Shown here one piece after another: positions 1-10,139 of a stretch of 64,000 nt of DNA (the stretch's first letter is position 1; every line of letters starts with the position of its first letter). The translations under genes and the position numbers were made by a program. Origin of the DNA: Eubacteriales bacterium (GTDB taxonomy: Bacteria > Bacillota > Clostridia > Lachnospirales > Lachnospiraceae); contig JAUNJN010000002.1 in NCBI GenBank assembly GCA_030533235.1, positions 1,462 to 65,461 on the forward strand. Direction: 5' to 3'. The notes under the pieces are model-generated. The model made no database searches and was not told where the DNA came from. It saw nothing but the letters and a program-made list of their open reading frames with translations.

Positions 1-211
1 TAATATCAATGGAAATCTGTCTGACAACAAGCTTATCCAAGCGTTCAAAAAAAGGTATTTTGATACCTGCGCGTCCAATCAACACCTTAGGCTGCTTACG
101 CATACCGGAAATTATGTATGCCACGTCCGGCGGTGCCTTCACATAACTGGTAAATAGTAAAATAATAAAAATTAAAATTGCAACTCCCAAAATTGTCCAT
201 TTTACTGCCAT
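1..211 (-). CDS. Flotillin-like SPFH-domain membrane protein, N-terminal part (runs off the window start; not in ORF track)
   Basis: Manual translation from ATG at 211 (RBS AAGGAGA at 221-227): MAVKWTILGVAILIFIILLFTSYVKAPPDVAYIISGMRKQPKVLIGRAGIKIPFFERLDKL. This is a TM helix followed by the flotillin-type YVKAPPD.AYIISG N-terminus. Confidence 0.8.
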   Translation of the reverse strand, partial: MAVKWTILGVAILIFIILLFTSYVKAPPDVAYIISGMRKQPKVLIGRAGIKIPFFERLDKLVVRQISIDI

Positions 212-302
212 AAATAAACTTCTCCTTTTCATTTTTTGAATGATTTTGACGCCATCTTCTTATCTATATATGATAGAATGTTTAATTACAAAAAGCAATC
301 TC

Positions 303-797
303 TTATTGTGTGTTATCTACAATTGATTTTTCATAACACCAAAAATCGTCATCAAACATACTACACTCTCCGACAATACGAAAATGCAGCTTTGCATATG
401 CCTTCTGCGCCTTAATATTTTGCTTGGATACAAGGAAATGAACGCCCTTATATCCTCGTTCCCTACATGTTGTCATAAGATACGTTATCATTTTCCCGGC
501 AATCCCCTGGTTCTGATAGTCATTATGAACACCCAATCGGGATAATTCCACGGATGGCTCCAACTCCTTATTCCAGTAAGGAAGGCCGCCAACAGCCTCA
601 TCCTCATCAATCGAAATAACACCGACAATTTTTCCGTTATCGCGCAAACAAAACAGTGCATTTCTCGATAAATCAAAATCAATCTCGCGCATATTCGGAT
701 ACTCGGTTGTCCATGCACAATATTTTGTTCCGATCAAAGAGTTATATAGTGCCAATATCTCTTCTTTATCATTTTCCGTTGCATTCTCAAATATCAA
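303..797 (-). CDS. GNAT family N-acetyltransferase
   Basis: Acetyl-CoA motif LGVHNDYQNQGIAGKM and N..AQKAYAKLHF; start overlaps the NUDIX stop. Confidence 0.85.
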   Translation of the reverse strand: MIFENATENDKEEILALYNSLIGTKYCAWTTEYPNMREIDFDLSRNALFCLRDNGKIVGVISIDEDEAVGGLPYWNKELEPSVELSRLGVHNDYQNQGIAGKMITYLMTTCRERGYKGVHFLVSKQNIKAQKAYAKLHFRIVGECSMFDDDFWCYEKSIVDNTQ

Positions 798-1303
798 GAT
801 TTTGTTCCTCCTTTTATACTCTCTTTTCCGTTAATTTTGTACTCTACGAGCGTATTCCCTTCATAACGAAGCTTTAATGTAAAAAACGCATCACTGGTCT
901 CCAGCAACCGGAAAAAGATTTTATCGCCCTCCCATATTGGCAGGTCATACACATCTTTTTTTGAAATCCATTCTAAGGTTCCTTCATCACATTCTCCGAT
1001 TTTTCCCTCATAACCGGTTGCAGTATATAGAAACATATACTCCGTCTGATACTGATCTGAGATAAACGTAATCACACCCCGAAGCTTATACTCGGTAAGT
1101 TTCAGACCGGTTTCCTCTCGTACCTCACGAAGCAGACACTCCTCCGGGCTTTCATCCGGCTCAAAATGCCCCCCGACACCAATCCATTTATCCTTATTAA
1201 TATCATTTTCCTTTTTCACTCTGTGCATCATCAGATAGTTATCCTCCTGTATGATATAGCAAAGTGTTGTCAGATTACTTCTGTTATGAACCGCTTCCGT
1301 CAT
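794..1303 (-). CDS. NUDIX hydrolase (8-oxo-dGTPase/MutT-MTH1-like)
   Basis: Nudix box GGHFEPDESPEECLLREVREETG; C-terminal IWEGDKIF. Confidence 0.9.
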   Translation of the reverse strand: MTEAVHNRSNLTTLCYIIQEDNYLMMHRVKKENDINKDKWIGVGGHFEPDESPEECLLREVREETGLKLTEYKLRGVITFISDQYQTEYMFLYTATGYEGKIGECDEGTLEWISKKDVYDLPIWEGDKIFFRLLETSDAFFTLKLRYEGNTLVEYKINGKESIKGGTKS

Positions 1304-2090
1304 ATTTTGAAGCTCCCTTCATCCAAAACTTATAGCTAAGGTAAAATAAACCGATTCCAACCAACGGCGATATCCATGACAAAAACGGTATACTATCCGG
1401 TCGCAAAACCACCAGACTTGGATAGTACGCAATAAACGCAACCGGGAAAACAAATGTAAAAATGAACTTAAACAATCCGTTATAAATTGTTACAGGGTAT
1501 TTTGCGTAATCCTTCAGTTTGAGCGAAAGGTCCAAAATATAAAAGGAATTCATAATCCAAAAGCAGGTTGCCGAAGCCGCCGTCTGCATTGCAGCCATAA
1601 TAAAGGATGCTGTAATCAAAAATACAATCATTTTCAGCAGAATAAAAAATGAAAACGGTAACGATAACTTATTCCAGGAATAACATAATGTTCCAATTCC
1701 AAAGCAAAGCTGTCCAAGACCTTTGATATCAAATACTTCCGATTCATAATAAAAGAACAAATTAATCGGTCTGAAGCAGTACTTTATGAAATCACCTGAG
1801 TATACATATGTCCGAAGCTGCCAGTTATTATCGAGCAGACATTGTGTCGGTGTAATTGCAACAAGTGAAAATCCATAAAGAAACAGCATTTCATAATAGC
1901 TCCATCCATTGATTGACGGAAACTTCGTAAACATCAGCCAAAATGCAATAAAGCCTGCTACATTCGTTGCAATCATTCCTATTGTCGATAAAATAAAGTC
2001 TGCACGATAGCTCATTTTACTCTTAATATCCTGTGCAATGATCTTAAAATAAATCTTTACGTAAAAACGTAATCCTCTTTTTCTCTCCAT
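1284..2090 (-). CDS. ABC-2 type exporter permease (DUF990-like)
   Basis: Multi-TM protein with MSYRADF and GDFIKYCFRPIN motifs; start moved to ATG 2090 (GGAGG RBS). Confidence 0.8.
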   Translation of the reverse strand: MERKRGLRFYVKIYFKIIAQDIKSKMSYRADFILSTIGMIATNVAGFIAFWLMFTKFPSINGWSYYEMLFLYGFSLVAITPTQCLLDNNWQLRTYVYSGDFIKYCFRPINLFFYYESEVFDIKGLGQLCFGIGTLCYSWNKLSLPFSFFILLKMIVFLITASFIMAAMQTAASATCFWIMNSFYILDLSLKLKDYAKYPVTIYNGLFKFIFTFVFPVAFIAYYPSLVVLRPDSIPFLSWISPLVGIGLFYLSYKFWMKGASKYDGSGS

Positions 2091-2092
2091 AC

Positions 2093-2896
2093 TTAACCTC
2101 CGTTCACTGTTACCTGTCTGACAGAAATCTTCCAAAACAGATTACTGAACAAAGACATTCCAATTGCCCATAAAAGTGCAATTCCAAGCTTACTCCATAC
2201 TACCTCCGGCGCCAAATCATTGTTCAAAAGCAATGTAAGCGGTGTATCATAGATTGACTTAAACGGAAGGTAATCTACAACCGCACGGAACTTTGCAGGA
2301 AAAAATGCAAGCGGAATTGTTGCTCCCGATAAGAGCAGAACAATGGTCTGCTTCATAATGTTAATTCCCCATATCGACTGTGTGAACAAACAAATTGTTC
2401 CAATCACAAAATCGATCTCATAATTGATAAACACACCAATAATAACTGCCAACATGAAATAAACAATATTTACGCCAATCGCAATTGTTCCTTTCGTTAT
2501 AAACAGGACAACCAAAAATGTCGGAAGAAATGTAAAAATAAAGTTTCCAACAAATCCGCCTGACACTGACCAGAACATATAGTCCTTGTATCGCATAGGC
2601 TTAATCAATTTGATTGCGATTGCTCCTTGTTGTACATCTCGATTGATTTCCCATACAATATACAATTCCATAAAATTAAACAATGCAGTGGCAAGAACAA
2701 GATAAATCATTGTACTTTCGAAAGTCATTCCATTTACAACATCCGTTCCGGCTGATGCAAAAATGGCTTTCCAAACAAAGTAAATTAAGGTTAAATATAA
2801 TAAATTACCAAATACCATCACAATAAGAGCAATTCGAAACTGAAGTGTTTCTATCAATCCTGCTCTCATGAGGGAAAAATTCTTTTTTAAATTCAT
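2093..2896 (-). CDS. ABC-2 type exporter permease (DUF990-like)
   Basis: Multi-TM protein; LLSGATIPLAFFP, LPFKSIYDTP and terminal VNGG. Confidence 0.8.
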   Translation of the reverse strand: MNLKKNFSLMRAGLIETLQFRIALIVMVFGNLLYLTLIYFVWKAIFASAGTDVVNGMTFESTMIYLVLATALFNFMELYIVWEINRDVQQGAIAIKLIKPMRYKDYMFWSVSGGFVGNFIFTFLPTFLVVLFITKGTIAIGVNIVYFMLAVIIGVFINYEIDFVIGTICLFTQSIWGINIMKQTIVLLLSGATIPLAFFPAKFRAVVDYLPFKSIYDTPLTLLLNNDLAPEVVWSKLGIALLWAIGMSLFSNLFWKISVRQVTVNGG

Positions 2897-3900
2897 TCGA
2901 CTCCCTCCTCATATATTTTCTTAATTACATCCTCTGTCGAAATTTCTTCGAGCTGCATATCCTTGATTCTGTGTTTTTGCTGAATCAAATCTAAAACCTT
3001 CAAAGTCTTAATCTTTTCTTCGTTTACAACAATACAAATCCATTCATTGTCGTGCGAAATTTGCAATTCGAGGTCCTTTAACTCGTCTGTCAATTTTTCT
3101 ACTACATCCGCCATTTTTTCCGCCGGACGAATCTTTAATGTACGATATGCACCAAAGAATGTACGTAAATGTTTAATGTCGTTGTCATAAAGCATCTTAC
3201 CCTTATCGATAATGACAATACGTTCACAAAGTGCATCAACATCACCCATATCGTGCGTTGTAAGTATAACGGTTGTATTACGCTGTCTGTTAAGCTCCTT
3301 GATAAGTTCTCTGATTTTGCTCTTCATCGCAACGTCAAGCCCGATTGTCGGCTCATCCAGGAAAACGACCTTCGGATTATGTAAAAATGCCGCTAAAATG
3401 TCACTTAAGGTTCTCTGACCGAGCGACATCTGTCGAACCGGCTTATGAAGCAGCTCTTCAAAATTAACAAGTCCCGCATAAATCTCCATCATTTCATCAT
3501 AATCTTTCTGCGGAATCTGATAAATATCCTTTAAAAGCTTAAAGGACTCAACCAACGGAAGCGCCCACCAAAGCTGGGAACGCTGACCAAATACAACACC
3601 GATTTCCTGTGAGTTTTTTGACCGGTTCTTATACGGAACACGCCCATTGACCAAAAGCTCTCCGCTTGACGGCTCTAAAACACCGGTCATCATTTTGATG
3701 GTTGTTGATTTACCCGCACCGTTCGGTCCAAGGAATCCTACGATTTCTCCCTGTTTTACAGAAAGTGAAATCTTATCTACAGCGTGTACGATTTTATAGT
3801 CACGCGAGAAGATATCCTTAAAGCTTCCCTTTAATCCTTCACGTCTGTTTAACACCTTAAATTCCTTTGATATATCTTTTAATTGAATAATATTATCCAT
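2893..3900 (-). CDS. ABC exporter ATP-binding protein
   Basis: Walker A GPNGAGKST, signature MSLGQR, Walker B VFLDEPT; start moved to ATG 3900 (AGGAGG RBS). Confidence 0.92.
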   Translation of the reverse strand: MDNIIQLKDISKEFKVLNRREGLKGSFKDIFSRDYKIVHAVDKISLSVKQGEIVGFLGPNGAGKSTTIKMMTGVLEPSSGELLVNGRVPYKNRSKNSQEIGVVFGQRSQLWWALPLVESFKLLKDIYQIPQKDYDEMMEIYAGLVNFEELLHKPVRQMSLGQRTLSDILAAFLHNPKVVFLDEPTIGLDVAMKSKIRELIKELNRQRNTTVILTTHDMGDVDALCERIVIIDKGKMLYDNDIKHLRTFFGAYRTLKIRPAEKMADVVEKLTDELKDLELQISHDNEWICIVVNEEKIKTLKVLDLIQQKHRIKDMQLEEISTEDVIKKIYEEGVE

Positions 3901-3995
3901 ATTTTCTATCTCCTCCTTTTTCTGCATGTTGCCCTTTTGCATCAACACATAATCTACCCTCTGAAAGTTAACCTTGATTCACTTGTTAAATACCG

Positions 3996-4024
3996 ATTAT
4001 AGAAACATAACTATCATATGTCAA
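3996..4024 (-). promoter_or_regulatory. Sigma-A consensus promoter for the ABC exporter operon
   Basis: Minus strand reads TTGACA-N17-TATAAT, a perfect consensus. Confidence 0.8.
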
Positions 4025-4046
4025 GAGGATTTTTGCATAATACGAC

Positions 4047-4088
4047 AAAAATCTCTCAGATAACGATTCCGCCATCTAAGAGATTTTG
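4047..4088 (-). terminator. Intrinsic terminator after the DUF4349 gene
   Basis: Inverted repeat AAAATCTCT..AGAT / ATCT..AGAGATTTT with T-run on the minus strand. Confidence 0.6.
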
Positions 4089-4109
4089 TATTTCTGCTGT
4101 TTTTTACTT

Positions 4110-5255
4110 TTATGACTCCTGATTATCTTCACTCACAGGCGTTTCATCTGCATGTATTTCATTTGCATCCTGAAGCGGATATGGATTTCCATACGGAGTT
4201 GTCATTCCGTTTGGATTTGGATATGGATTTGCACTTGCTTTCAATGCTTTCTTTTTCTTATGTCCATGCACAATCAAAACTACAACTACAAGTATAATAA
4301 TGATATAGAAGATATTCATGATAATAAAGAATAACAAGCCTTCCAACAAACCAAGGAATGCATTCAAAGACTTTTTGCAAGTGTTAAGAAGTCTTCCCCA
4401 AAATGTATCCGTCGGAATTGGCTCCTCCACATACTCGCTTACCTCATTTATCGTGATATCAATATAAGAATACGAAACATCATTTTCAATATTGGAAATA
4501 CCGGATTTTAAATTAGCAATCTGAATCTGTATATCAAATAACTCATTTTCAATCTTAAGTGCATATTCATCACTGGTTGCATTTTCCAACAACGTCAAAT
4601 ATCTGGCATATTCAGCCTCATAGATTTCAAGCTGTGACTGATAGGTTCCATATTGCTGTGTGACATTGGATGCATTCGAATATCTGCTTCGTACATCACC
4701 CAGGGTTGTTGTCTGGTTCATCATTGCATCGTACTCAGAGCTAGGTACCCTTACCGTTGCGGTGTATATGTTATGCTTTTTTTCTTCATCAACTGCATAA
4801 TATCCGCCGGATGAATAGTTATCTGAAAACGCTTCATCTTCCACAAATCCATTTTTTTCATTTAAGAGCTTTTTAAAATCACTCACGGAAGAATCAAAAT
4901 CCAGCGTGTCAATGTATATTTGACCTCGGTATACAAGCATTTCCTTCTTGATAGCACTGTTTCCGTTTTCTTTTACCGGTGTTAAGTCCGTATCGCCTTC
5001 TGTATATCCGAAGCCATCTCCATTCCCACCTTCTGCACCCGCAGCGTTTGTTGTTGCTTCGTAATCCGTTTCTTCCGACCATTCATAGCCTGTATCCTGC
5101 ACTGCCATAACCGCATTCTCTGCACCATTTCCATCCAAGGCTGCTTCCGTAATGTATGAATCATATGCATTCTTTGAATGATCACTTTTGGATTTTCCGC
5201 AGCCTGAACACAACAGCATCATGACACTTAAAACAATTGCTAATCTTTTCTTCAT
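4110..5255 (-). CDS. DUF4349-domain lipoprotein with C-terminal TM helix
   Basis: Lipobox MKKRLAIVLSVMMLLCSGC, acidic linker, TVRVPS..NVTQQY and YSYIDITINE, C-terminal TM and Pro/Asn-rich tail. Confidence 0.75.
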   Translation of the reverse strand: MKKRLAIVLSVMMLLCSGCGKSKSDHSKNAYDSYITEAALDGNGAENAVMAVQDTGYEWSEETDYEATTNAAGAEGGNGDGFGYTEGDTDLTPVKENGNSAIKKEMLVYRGQIYIDTLDFDSSVSDFKKLLNEKNGFVEDEAFSDNYSSGGYYAVDEEKKHNIYTATVRVPSSEYDAMMNQTTTLGDVRSRYSNASNVTQQYGTYQSQLEIYEAEYARYLTLLENATSDEYALKIENELFDIQIQIANLKSGISNIENDVSYSYIDITINEVSEYVEEPIPTDTFWGRLLNTCKKSLNAFLGLLEGLLFFIIMNIFYIIIILVVVVLIVHGHKKKKALKASANPYPNPNGMTTPYGNPYPLQDANEIHADETPVSEDNQES

Positions 5256-5360
5256 ATTGTTTCCCCCTGTCTCGGATTTGGTTTTGATATATAGGATACG
5301 AATCGTAAGCAATAATTTATGGAAATTATTATAAATTATTTTGAAAAACTGTTTACATTC

Positions 5361-5409
5361 AATCTGACCTTGTCAAAAACTTTCATTCTGAGCATTTTGA
5401 TACAGTCAA
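5361..5409 (+). promoter_or_regulatory. Putative PdxR operator upstream of pdxST
   Basis: CTGACC (5364), CTGAGC (5388) and inverted AGTCAA (5404); same layout as 25995-26044. Confidence 0.6.
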
Positions 5410-5458
5410 TCTTGATATAGTATACGATTAAACCAAAATAGAAAAGGGGAATAAACCA

Positions 5459-6334
5459 ATGAACAACGAACGATATGAATTAAACAAAAATCTTGCCCAG
5501 ATGTTAAAGGGCGGTGTCATCATGGATGTTACAACACCGGAGCAGGCAAAAATTGCAGAAGCAGCAGGTGCATGTGCTGTCATGGCACTTGAGCGAATCC
5601 CGGCGGACATCCGAGCAGCCGGTGGTGTATCACGAATGAGTGATCCAAAAATGATTAAGGGAATTCAAAACGCAGTTTCAATTCCGGTCATGGCAAAATG
5701 CCGTATCGGACATTTCGCGGAAGCTCAGATTTTGGAAGCCATTGAAATTGATTACATCGATGAGAGTGAGGTTCTTTCGCCTGCTGACGATGTTTATCAT
5801 ATTAACAAGACAAAATTCAAGGTACCTTTTGTATGCGGTGCCAAGGATTTAGGAGAGGCATTGCGTCGAATCAGCGAAGGCGCTTCTATGATTCGTACAA
5901 AGGGTGAGCCGGGAACCGGCGACATCGTTCAGGCTGTTCGTCATATGCGTAAGATGAACAGCGAAATTGCCCATATCACTTCTATGCGTGAGGATGAATT
6001 ATTTAATATTGCCAAAGAGCTTCAGGTACCGACAGACCTTGTATTATTCGTTCACGAAAACGGAAAGCTTCCTGTTGTAAATTTTGCAGCCGGCGGTGTT
6101 GCGACACCTGCTGATGCGGCACTTATGATGCAACTCGGTGCAGAGGGCGTATTCGTCGGTTCCGGAATCTTTAAATCCGGTGACCCTGAAAAGAGAGCCG
6201 CAGCCATTGTAAAAGCTGTAACAAACTATACGGATGCAGACATGCTTGCAAAGCTTTCCGAAGACCTCGGTGAAGCAATGGTAGGTATCAACGAACAGGA
6301 AATTGAATTGCTCATGGCAGAAAGAGGAAAATAA
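5459..6334 (+). CDS. pdxS: Pyridoxal 5'-phosphate synthase lyase subunit
   Basis: [41 protein letters not shown]. Confidence 0.98.
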   Translation: MNNERYELNKNLAQMLKGGVIMDVTTPEQAKIAEAAGACAVMALERIPADIRAAGGVSRMSDPKMIKGIQNAVSIPVMAKCRIGHFAEAQILEAIEIDYIDESEVLSPADDVYHINKTKFKVPFVCGAKDLGEALRRISEGASMIRTKGEPGTGDIVQAVRHMRKMNSEIAHITSMREDELFNIAKELQVPTDLVLFVHENGKLPVVNFAAGGVATPADAALMMQLGAEGVFVGSGIFKSGDPEKRAAAIVKAVTNYTDADMLAKLSEDLGEAMVGINEQEIELLMAERGK

Positions 6335-6897
6335 TGAAAATAGGAGTTATTGCTGTTCAGGGCGCTTTTATCGAACACGAAGCTGCCCTTCAAAAGCTCG
6401 GAATTGAATCTATCGAGCTTCGACAAAAATCAGATACGCAAAAAGGATACGATGGTCTGATTCTTCCCGGTGGTGAAAGCACGGTTCAGGGGAAACTGTT
6501 AAAAGAGCTTGACATGTTTGACACTATCAAAACCCAAATTGAATCCGGTATGCCGGTTCTTGCAACCTGTGCCGGTATGATTCTTTTAGCCAATGAACTG
6601 TCTAACGATGCGCATGCATATTTTCAAACGATTCCAATGACAGTGAAAAGAAATGCATATGGAAGACAATTGGGAAGTTTCCACACCGAAGCAGATTTTT
6701 GCGGCATCGACAAAGTACCGATGACCTTTATCCGCGCACCTTATGTGGAGACCGTGTCGCCGGATGTAGAAATACTTGCAAAGGTACAGGAAAAAATCGT
6801 AGCGGTAAGATACAAAAATCAAATTGCCCTCTCCTTCCATCCCGAGCTTGACGATGACACATCGATTTATAATGAGTTTCTGAAAATGATTGCATAA
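6334..6897 (+). CDS. pdxT: PLP synthase glutaminase subunit
   Basis: PGGEST, ATCAGMIL, RNAYGRQ, FIRAP, FHPE; coupled to pdxS. Confidence 0.97.
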   Translation: MKIGVIAVQGAFIEHEAALQKLGIESIELRQKSDTQKGYDGLILPGGESTVQGKLLKELDMFDTIKTQIESGMPVLATCAGMILLANELSNDAHAYFQTIPMTVKRNAYGRQLGSFHTEADFCGIDKVPMTFIRAPYVETVSPDVEILAKVQEKIVAVRYKNQIALSFHPELDDDTSIYNEFLKMIA

Positions 6898-6909
6898 TAC
6901 TATAAACAA

Positions 6910-6953
6910 AACGAGAGGCAGTAGCCGGAATTACGGAATTACTGCCTCTCGTT
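6910..6953. terminator. Hairpin between convergent pdxT and MFS genes (probable bidirectional terminator)
   Basis: Perfect 14-bp stem AACGAGAGGCAGTA/TACTGCCTCTCGTT. Confidence 0.75.
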
Positions 6954-6964
6954 CATGTAATCAT

Positions 6965-8134
6965 TTATGTGTCAAATGTTCTTTTGCTCTTTTCAAAGGA
7001 TTTTTCTACCATAATAATAGTCATCAACAGAAACGCCGCTATAAAAAAGGGCATCAGGCTAAGTCCTGTTATATTGGAGAGTACACCGAACAACGGCGGC
7101 ATAAAGGTCGACCCGATATAAGCACTTGCCATCTGAATACCGATGATTGCCTGTGAATTAGCCACACCAAAGTTATACGGCGTAGAATGAATAATACTCG
7201 GATAAACAGGAGCACATCCAAGTCCGATAACAATAAACCCTGTAAGGGTAGGCAGGTCCGTCTCAAACGGCAGCATCACGAGTAAAGCTCCGGATAATGC
7301 AACCACTATCCCAAGTCGAATCATATTCCTGTCACCCAGTCTATCCGAAATGAGTCCTGATACAAAACGTCCGACTGTAATTCCGATAAAGAAAAGCGAT
7401 GCAAACGCCGCACCTGTTTTTTCAGAAACATTTCTCACACCTACAAGATAGCTGCTTGTCCAAAGCATTGCCGTCGCCTCTGCCGCGCAATAGGCAAAGA
7501 AGCCAAACAACAGCCATGGAACACCTTTTATCTTCAGTGCCCCCTTTAATCCGATAATTGCAGGCTCCTTCTCTTCGTCTGTTTTCTTTTTGTGTATATT
7601 CCATACAGGTAATGTACATGCCAAAACAATCACAATTCCAAACTGAACAAAGGATACTGCCCTATATCCACTGCTCCATGCAGACTTCGCAAGAGCATAG
7701 CTCATGATATACGGACTGATGATTGTTCCAACCCCCCAGAAACAATGCAGCCAGCTCATATGGCGCGCATTGTAATGAATGGAAACATAATTATTCAAAG
7801 CCGCATCTATGGCACCTGCACCCAAGCCATACGGAATTGCCCAGAGACACACAAAAACAAACTGCGATGCCGTCGAAAAACCAAACAACGCAACCGCAGT
7901 TAAAAATACACTGACCAATGTTACATATCGCGTCCCAAAACGCTTCGTCAGTCTCTCTGACATAAGACTTGAGCAAATCGTTCCTCCCGATATTATCATG
8001 GATACAACCCCCATATATGATACCGGAACGTCAAAGGTCTGTCTCATAACAGGCCATGCCGCCCCCAACAGAGAATCCGGAAGCCCAAGACTGATAAACG
8101 CAAGATATATAATTGACAACAAAAGAAGATACAT
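6965..8134 (-). CDS. MFS transporter
   Basis: About 12 hydrophobic segments; GLISDRLGDR loop motif; GLPDSLLGAAWP. Confidence 0.9.
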   Translation of the reverse strand: MYLLLLSIIYLAFISLGLPDSLLGAAWPVMRQTFDVPVSYMGVVSMIISGGTICSSLMSERLTKRFGTRYVTLVSVFLTAVALFGFSTASQFVFVCLWAIPYGLGAGAIDAALNNYVSIHYNARHMSWLHCFWGVGTIISPYIMSYALAKSAWSSGYRAVSFVQFGIVIVLACTLPVWNIHKKKTDEEKEPAIIGLKGALKIKGVPWLLFGFFAYCAAEATAMLWTSSYLVGVRNVSEKTGAAFASLFFIGITVGRFVSGLISDRLGDRNMIRLGIVVALSGALLVMLPFETDLPTLTGFIVIGLGCAPVYPSIIHSTPYNFGVANSQAIIGIQMASAYIGSTFMPPLFGVLSNITGLSLMPFFIAAFLLMTIIMVEKSFEKSKRTFDT

Positions 8135-8166
8135 CGTTTGCTCCTAATCGTAATATTTAGAAAAAA

Positions 8167-8832
8167 TTACAGTACCTTACTGCCATTCGCCATCAGCTTA
8201 AATCTGGCTCCAAGCATTTCCGCAGCATGGCGGCACATCTGCATTCTTCCTAAAAAAATATCAAAATATTCATACATGCTGCAGCTTTCCTCGTCAATGG
8301 TAAGCTGTAGGGTAATAACCTTCTTTTCCATATCAATGGATAGCACAGCTTCCGTAACTGCATAATTTACCCTGTCATGAATATCAAATGCCGCCTTATC
8401 CTTTATGCGAACCCGATTCCGTCGAACATCTGTCTTATCTGCAATAATTAACGCTGCTGATATCGCATCAACGGAACTACCTGTGGATTCATCATGATTG
8501 CTTATACACGTAACAATTTCGACTCTGTCTTCGACAGATATATTATATCGTTTTAAGATATCATTTGCAAGCAATGCACCATACTCTGCATGTCGGGTCC
8601 GGTTAATTGCATTGCCGATGTCATGCATATAGCCCGCGATCTTAGCCAATTGCTGCGAATGTGCATCGTATCCGAATTCCTTCAAAATCCACGCTGCATT
8701 TTTTGCGACAAGCGTTGTATGTATTTCCGAATGATCCGTAATTCCAAGTACACCCAAATTTGCATTTCCGCGCTTAATAAGCTCGCGGATTTCATCATCT
8801 TCTCTTATGAATTTATATAAATCCTTTTCCAT
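8167..8832 (-). CDS. HD-domain phosphohydrolase
   Basis: H..MHDIGN..H..NHD..ADK metal-binding pattern; start overlaps the kinase stop. Confidence 0.85.
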   Translation of the reverse strand: MEKDLYKFIREDDEIRELIKRGNANLGVLGITDHSEIHTTLVAKNAAWILKEFGYDAHSQQLAKIAGYMHDIGNAINRTRHAEYGALLANDILKRYNISVEDRVEIVTCISNHDESTGSSVDAISAALIIADKTDVRRNRVRIKDKAAFDIHDRVNYAVTEAVLSIDMEKKVITLQLTIDEESCSMYEYFDIFLGRMQMCRHAAEMLGARFKLMANGSKVL

Positions 8833-10139
8833 TACCCTGCTTCATTCTCCCAAGTAATCATAATTTTTGTTCCTCTGTCAATTTCACTGTCGAGCGTAAG
8901 CTTTCCATCTGTAAGCGTACATATGTGCTTGACAATTGCAAGACCAAGTCCGGTTCCTCCAAGTGCCTTTGAACGACTCTTATCCACTCTGTAAAAGCGC
9001 TCAAAAATACGCGACTGATGCTCAAGCGGAATACCGATTCCGGTATCCTCTACCTCAAAGGTAACACCGCAATCCTCTTTACGCACTCGAACAAAAACCT
9101 TTCCACCCTGTTTATTATAACGGATGGCATTTTCGATCAAATTATAGACAAGCTCCTGAGCCAACTCTTTCCCTATTTTTATATCCGCATTCTTTACGCC
9201 TTCATATGTAACCTCTACCTGATTTTTAGACGCACCCAAGGAAAGCATTTCCACACTCTCCTCTGCAATTTCCGCAAGATTTACAACCTCTAAGACTTCT
9301 TTTTCATTGCCGGAATCTAATTGCGACAGCTTGATAATATCATTAATCAATGTCAATAATCTGGCGGCACTTTTTCTTATTTCACCGGAAAAATGTTTAA
9401 TATCTTTCTCGTTGACAAGCCCTGCCTCCATAAGCTCTGCATACCCTGAAATGGCAGCAAGCGGCGTTTTTAATTCATGTGTTACATTTGCAGCAAATTC
9501 CTGACGTATATTTGCCGATGATAAAATTTCCTCGTGCTGCGACCTTATTTTCTGCGCAAACGGTACTAATTCCGGATAAATATCTATTTCCGAAATATGA
9601 TCCATATCGCCCGCCATCTCACCAATCGGACGCAAAATATCCGTTGTCAGATAATGCGAGATTACCAAACAAATTGCTGAAAGCAAAATCACAACACCGA
9701 TAATAATCGTGAATACCGGAACAAGTACGGAAAACACATTGTTCGTTTCTTTTCCAACACGGAGAACCTGTCCGTTTTCCAGTCTGGTTGCATAGTAAAA
9801 CACACTTTCCGAAAGCGTATCGGAACGACGGATTCCTTTTCCGCATCCATGCTGCATCGCCTCCTTTACTTCCGGGCGATTCAAATGATTTTCCATCGTC
9901 ACCGCGTCGGCAACCGAATCAAATAAAACCGTTCCATCCGTATCAATCAGAGTAATACGAAGATTCCTTACCGGGCTTTCATAGTTTTCTTCATCAATCA
10001 AAAGATTTGCAACAATCTCTAAATCCGAAAAAATTTGTTTCTTAAGCTGTACATAAAATACTGCCGTCATAATAAATGTAATTACAATAATTGCTGAAAT
10101 TGCAATTCCCATAAACCGGCGGTTAATTTTCTTTCTCAT
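8832..10139 (-). CDS. phoR: PhoR-like sensor histidine kinase
   Basis: H-box NVTHELKTPL, NLIENAIRY, DTGIGI, RFYRVDKSRS, GTGLGL; two TMs; pst context. Confidence 0.8.
   Translation of the reverse strand: MRKKINRRFMGIAISAIIVITFIMTAVFYVQLKKQIFSDLEIVANLLIDEENYESPVRNLRITLIDTDGTVLFDSVADAVTMENHLNRPEVKEAMQHGCGKGIRRSDTLSESVFYYATRLENGQVLRVGKETNNVFSVLVPVFTIIIGVVILLSAICLVISHYLTTDILRPIGEMAGDMDHISEIDIYPELVPFAQKIRSQHEEILSSANIRQEFAANVTHELKTPLAAISGYAELMEAGLVNEKDIKHFSGEIRKSAARLLTLINDIIKLSQLDSGNEKEVLEVVNLAEIAEESVEMLSLGASKNQVEVTYEGVKNADIKIGKELAQELVYNLIENAIRYNKQGGKVFVRVRKEDCGVTFEVEDTGIGIPLEHQSRIFERFYRVDKSRSKALGGTGLGLAIVKHICTLTDGKLTLDSEIDRGTKIMITWENEAG

Noticed and set aside
6890-7156. 88-aa plus-strand ORF after pdxT
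   Set aside because: Crosses the terminator hairpin and is antisense to the MFS gene
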